This document shows, piece by piece, positions 59,701 through 64,000 of a stretch of DNA of 64,000 nt. The translations under genes and the position numbers were made by a program. Below the pieces are notes generated by a model, which was given only the letters and a program-made list of their open reading frames with translations, did not search any database and was not told the origin of the DNA. Every line of letters starts with the position of its first letter. The first letter of the stretch is position 1. The stretch lies in assembly GCF_009914755.1 (NCBI RefSeq), contig NC_060931.1; one strand, written 5' to 3'. Source of the stretch: the human T2T-CHM13v2.0 reference genome, Homo sapiens.

Positions 59701-60330
59701 TCGCCTCACTGCAGCCTCCCAAGTCCAAATCTCCTGCCTCTTGGCCGCTTCGGCAGGCCCAGCTCCCACCTGCCAGTGGCCTCTTCAGGCCCATGGGGCT
59801 CATTCCTCACAACGGCTTTTCCAGGCCCATTTTTTCCCGTCCGACTGCCTCTCAGGACCCAGAACCTCTGGGCCCACTTGAGGAGATGCAGCCAGGAGGA
59901 ACAGCTGGGCTTGCAGAGGCTGCCATGAGGGAGGCAGAGGCTGGGCCTCCTGAAGTCGGCCTCTCCAGACCCACTTGCAGCCTCCCGGCGTCCTCTCCGG
60001 GCTCAGCTCTTCCTCCCGGCTGCGTCTCCAGGCCCGACTCCGGCCTCCCAACAACCTCTTTGGACTCAGCTCCCGCCCAACTCCCGGTGGCCCTGGTTGG
60101 CCCACAACTTCCTGAAGCCAAGCTCCCCAGGCCCAGCTCAGGCCTCACGGTGGCCTCTCTAGGCTCAGCTCCTGCCCTCCGACGGTGTCTCCAGGCCCCG
60201 AACGGCCTCCAGTCGGTGGATTCCTCTATGCCCAGCTTGGGCCTCCCGGCGGCCTCTGCTGGCCCAAATCGTCCTGAAGTCGCCCTCTCCAGGCCCAGCT
60301 CCGGCCTCCCGGCGGCCTCTCCAGGCGCAA
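35760..60330. repeat. ~1.8-kb macrosatellite, 13 VNTR-bearing units
   Basis: Anchor ttgagg(c/t)ccaactcatg at 36953, 38776, 40599, 42374, 44149, 45972, 47795, 49616, 51439, 53262, 54989, 56668, 58506. Spacings are 1823, 1823, 1775, 1775, 1823, 1823, 1821, 1823, 1823, 1727, 1679, 1838. Confidence 0.97.
36991..58919. repeat. 13 nested 48-bp minisatellite arrays ('ajax'-like; GCGTGAGCCCCTGCCTCACACTGGCCTCTCTCACGCTGAGGGAGGTCA)
   Basis: Arrays at 36991-37270, 38814-39093, 40637-40868, 42412-42643, 44187-44466, 46010-46289, 47833-48112, 49654-49933, 51477-51756, 53300-53483, 55027-55162, 56706-56985, 58544-58919. Copy numbers are 6,6,5,5,6,6,6,6,6,4,3,6,8 (the last copy of each is partial). Confidence 0.95.
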
Positions 60331-61239
60331 CGCATCGTCAACGAGGGCCCCTCCGGGGCCAGCTCCTGCCTCTCGTCATCCTCTAGAGACCCAGCCTCTG
60401 CCTCCCGCATGGCGGCCTCTGCAGGCCCAGACTGCCTTTGAGTCAGGCTCTCCAGGGCCAGCTCCAGCCTCCCGGCAGACTCTGCAGGCCCAAGTCGTCC
60501 TCAAGTCGGCCTGGAAGTGGGCCTGGAAGAGCTGCACGTTGGCCTCCCCGGGCCCAGCTCCGTCCTCTCGGCGGCCTCTCCAGGTGCAAAACTTCCTCGA
60601 GTCAGCCTCTCCAGGTCCAGCTCCTCCTGCCTCCCAGTGGCCTCTTTCAGTCCAGCCCAGCTCGTGGCTGTAGGCAGCCTTCCCAGGCCCTGCTTTTGAC
60701 TTTTGGCGGCCTCTTCAGGCCCAGAACTTGATCTCCAGTCAGCTTTTGCAGGCCTGGCATCCTGCCTCCCGAAGGCCTCTTTCAGCCCAGCCCAGCTCGT
60801 GGCTGTAGGCAGCCTTCCCAGGCCCTGCTTTTGACTTTTGGTGGCCTCTTCAGGCCCAGAACTTGATCTCCAGTCAGCTTTTGCAGGCCCGGCATCCTGC
60901 CTCCCGAAGGCCTGCACGGGCCCGGCCTCGGAATCACAGCAGACTCTCCACGCCCAGCTAGCTCTCACCTCACTGTGGCCTCCCCAGTCCAAAGCTCCTG
61001 CCTTTCGGCCGCTTCAGCAGGCCCAGCTCCCGCCTGCCAGTGGCCTCTTTAGGCCCAGCTCATTCCTCACAATGGCCTTTCCAGGCCCCATTTTTCCCTT
61101 CCGGCAGCCTCTTGGCCTCTAATTTTTTTTATCTTTTGTGTATAAATCCCAAAATATGGAATTTTGGAATATTTCCACCATTATATAAATATTTTGGTAG
61201 GTAATTTATTTGGAGTGAGTTTCTGCACCAAGCCCGAAT

Positions 61240-64000
61240 TTTTTATTTTATTTTCCTTATTATTTGGTGTTAAACAGGTTTAATGACAGTCATGGCAACT
61301 TTTTGGCACAATAGAAAATATCGCCCATGATCAACGTGTTCTGTTCTGGGGAAGGGGGCAAAGGCAGGGTGAATCACTTTCTTAAAAAGTACAACTCAAG
61401 TTGGGAGTGCAGAGGGAATCGGGAGAAAACCCTCCCGCTGCCTGTGTCGAAGTGCAGGAGCCCCCACCCCCATACTCACCTGAGTCCAGCCCCTCTGGAG
61501 AAAGAAGGGGTGCATGAACTCCCCCTATTCCACAGGCACCTCCCTGTGGCCCAAGGCCCTCTTCACACTCCATCTTGTAGCCCCAGCAGGAGCTATTTTC
61601 CGAAAAGTGAAAAGCTCTGAAGGTCCCACACTTCATGGTATGTACAGGGGCTCAGAGGAGGGAAACTGCCCAGCTTTCCCCCGGCACAGCTGCAGGGGTA
61701 GGGGGTATATATAAGAGGAGCAGGCCTTGGCCAGGCGTGGTGGCTCACACCTGTAATCGCAGCACTTTGGGAGGTGGAGGCCGGTGGATCACGATTTCAG
61801 GAGATTGAAATCAGCCTGGCCAAGATGGTGAAGCCCCGTCTGTACTAAAAATACAAAAATTAGCCGGACGTGGTAGCGTGCACCTGTAATCCCAGCTACC
61901 CAGAAGACTGAGGCAGGAGAATGGCGTGAACCCGGCAGTAAGAGGTTGCTGTGAGCCAAGATCTCACCACTGCACTCCAGCCTGGGTGACAGAGCCAGAC
62001 TCCGTCTCAAAAGGAAAAAAAAAAAAAAAAGCAGGCCTTATTCCTTCCCAAACTGAAAGGATTAAATGGCTTTATCCTGGAGAAGATAACCATCCTGCCC
62101 TCCATTGCTACCCCCACATAGTGTCCGTGTTCTCAGGGGGTACTGCGAGTCCTGGGATCTTCTTTGGGGTCGCCCACCTGCCTGTGGTAGTTATGGAGGG
62201 ACCCAGGTGTTGAGGCAGGGCTGGGGTGTCCCCTTCCAGCCAGGCTGTCGAGGCCCCAGCTCTGGGGCAGAGGCAGTGGCAGGGCAGCCAGGGTTGCGCC
62301 AGAGCCTGAGCAGGGTGAGGTGGGGTCAGACAGGGCTGGGAGTCAGGGCAGGGGCAGCAGCAGTGGACCCACTATGCACACATCTTCTTCTCCAAGGTTT
62401 GTGTGCAGAGCATCCTGCCCATGCTGCCCCAGCAGCTTCAGTTGGCACCTGCCCCAGTCCAGCCTCTGGGACCCATGCAGCGGCTCCCAGCGGCCCTGCA
62501 CCCACCACCAGCATCCGTTTCACCTGCAGTTGAAGATCCGTGAGGTGCCCAGAAGATCATGCAGTCATCAGTCCCACGGAGCAGCCCGCGAGGCTGAGGC
62601 TCCTCCCACTGGACCGCCCCCCAACTGGCACCATTGCTGCCCCTGCCCCTACTCTCAGCCTCACGTGACTCTTGGGCAGAGGCAGTGGTGGGGCAGCCAG
62701 GGCAGCGTCAGAGTCTGAGCCAGGTGAGGTGGGGACAGGACCCCCTCAGGGCTGGGAGTCAGGGCAGGGGCAGAACAAACCTTGGAGGGGAAGATGTGTG
62801 CATAGTGGGCCTGGAGAGCGGCTGTGGCCTAGTGGACAGGAAGAAGCAGTGGGCCTGGAAAAGCTGCACGATCAGGGCCGGCACTGGTCCAGGGCGCGTG
62901 CAGTGAAGAGGACAGTGCCTTCTCGGTCTCCGGTTCCCTGAGCCCGTCCTTGGCTTCTCCACCTGTACAGGCAAAGGGGAAGCTGTCCCCATCACACATG
63001 GCACACTTGGGGGTGTTGGGCTTTGGGCTGCAGATGGAGCATCTTCTCATCTTGCATTTGGGTGTGGTGGGGTCGTCCAGTGCGGGATCCATGTCCGTGG
63101 GGTTCCCTCTGCCCCAACCCCCAAAGCCCAGTTTCTCCTCTTCAGGCTCTGCCCCCTGGGTGGCTCAGCCCAGCTCCTGCCTAGGAAAGCCTTAGTGTTG
63201 GGAGGGACTGCGATGACTGAGGGGCCTGGTAGCTCCAGGTCGCCCACACTTTCAGGTCTCTTGCACCAGAAGGTGGAAGGATCCATTGGGAGGAAACAGG
63301 TCACCTTGGAAGGCATCCCTGGGCCCCCATCCCCAGGGGTTGGGGCCGTAGGGGGCCCACTCTGCTGCCCTGACCAGACTCCTAGGCTTTGAAGGCTCCT
63401 GGGCCCAGTAAGAAGGAGGTGGGTGCCAAGGTTGAGGAGGAAGCATCCGAGTATGTGTAGGAGGAGGAGGGGGTGGGACCATGGACTTTGCCAAAAACTG
63501 CAGATGGATCGGGGGACCCTGGGGGCTCAGGATCCAGCAAGGGGCGGCAGGAGTAAAGGAGGAAGGAATGACAGGTGCAAATACCTTCCCACCAAAGCCC
63601 TTGTTGCCCTCTGGCTCCTCCCCAGAGCTGTCACCACTCTCAGTCGGTCACCCACTCCTTGAACTTGAGATCAGTGTCAGTGGTGCTAAAGCCGTCATCA
63701 GCAATGACATTGTCACCCCCTCCTCCTCATGGATGACCATGTGCTCCTCATCACTCACTATGTCGTCACTGGCCATGTGCTGGGAATGAGCAGCTCAGGT
63801 GGGCAGCAGCAGGGCTGCCTACTGGTCACCTCCCTCACCAGGGGCTGCAAAGTGGCCTGGAGCTCCATACTGAGTAGAAGGCTTTGGGCCAGAGTATGAT
63901 GCAGTGCCAGACACCACTTCTGTCAGTTCCTGTAGTGCCTGACGGTCTATTTCCCTGCCGTCCAGGCTGTGTACACCCCTGTGGGAGAAGGCTTGGGCCA
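61240..64000 (-). pseudogene. CICP: Processed, rearranged capicua (CIC) pseudogene, extending beyond the window end
   Basis: Minus-strand peptides match recalled CIC: [45 protein letters not shown]; [35 protein letters not shown]; [24 protein letters not shown]; C1 domain QLFQAH.FF; C-terminus GPSITTTGR with the stop mutated to TGG (62174-62176). No introns. ATTAAA at 61284-61279 is followed by a decayed poly-A (~61240-61266). Confidence 0.93.
61729..62029 (+). mobile_element. AluS (Sg/Sc-like) inserted in the CIC pseudogene 3'UTR
   Basis: TSD agcaggcctt at 61719-61728 and 62030-62039; ggatcacga diagnostic deletion. Confidence 0.92.

Larger units (their letters stand above)
30652..61120. repeat. 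C/T-rich degenerate ~32-bp-motif satellite (consensus ~GGCCCAGCTCCTGCCTCACGGTGGCCTCTCCA), probably the 'teucer' repeat
   Basis: aggcccagctc / ctgcctc / ggcctct motifs recur about every 31-33 bp over 30 kb with strong strand skew. The name is from recollection of the T2T repeat annotation. Confidence 0.9.

Noticed and set aside
30520-61122. Many long Pro/Ser/Ala-rich ORFs (up to 371 aa) in the satellite, including 16-aa repeats such as REPLPHTGLSHAEGGQ and ADLPQRERGQCEAGAH
   Set aside because: They are open in most frames on both strands because the repeat is stop-poor. Most start at TTG/GTG, units of 1823 bp shift frame, indels of 2 and 4 bp fuse or split them freely, and no known domain is recognisable. 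Not called as CDS; ribosome profiling or proteomics would be needed.
61145-61200. AT-rich inverted repeat ccaaaatat...atattttgg between the satellite and the CIC poly-A
   Set aside because: Short and low-complexity, so plausible by chance.

Overview
Primate (human or other ape) genomic DNA from a segmental-duplication-type block, with no intact protein-coding gene. 1-30.6 kb is dense in Alu, L1, L2, MaLR and MER elements. It holds two decayed GTF2I-like exons, an ancient degenerate triplication marked by one MER1A insertion seen three times, and a full-length but dead L1PA3 nested inside two Alus. 30.65-61.1 kb is a C/T-rich (+ strand) satellite built from a degenerate ~32-bp motif. Its centre (~35.8-60.3 kb) is a highly homogeneous ~1.8-kb macrosatellite with 13 nested VNTRs of a 48-bp monomer (3-8 copies each). 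Each monomer junction carries a 10-bp inverted repeat with a GGGAGG loop. 61.2-64 kb is a processed CIC (capicua) pseudogene on the minus strand whose coding sequence is deleted, duplicated and partly inverted. From memory, the layout resembles the human LOC729737/LINC01002-type CICP-linked duplicon (the 'TELO composite' with teucer/ajax satellites). The 13-fold higher-order amplification with an in-frame 48-bp hairpin monomer is the most unusual feature. All family assignments come from recalled consensus or protein sequences; no searches were run and most TE boundaries are approximate.
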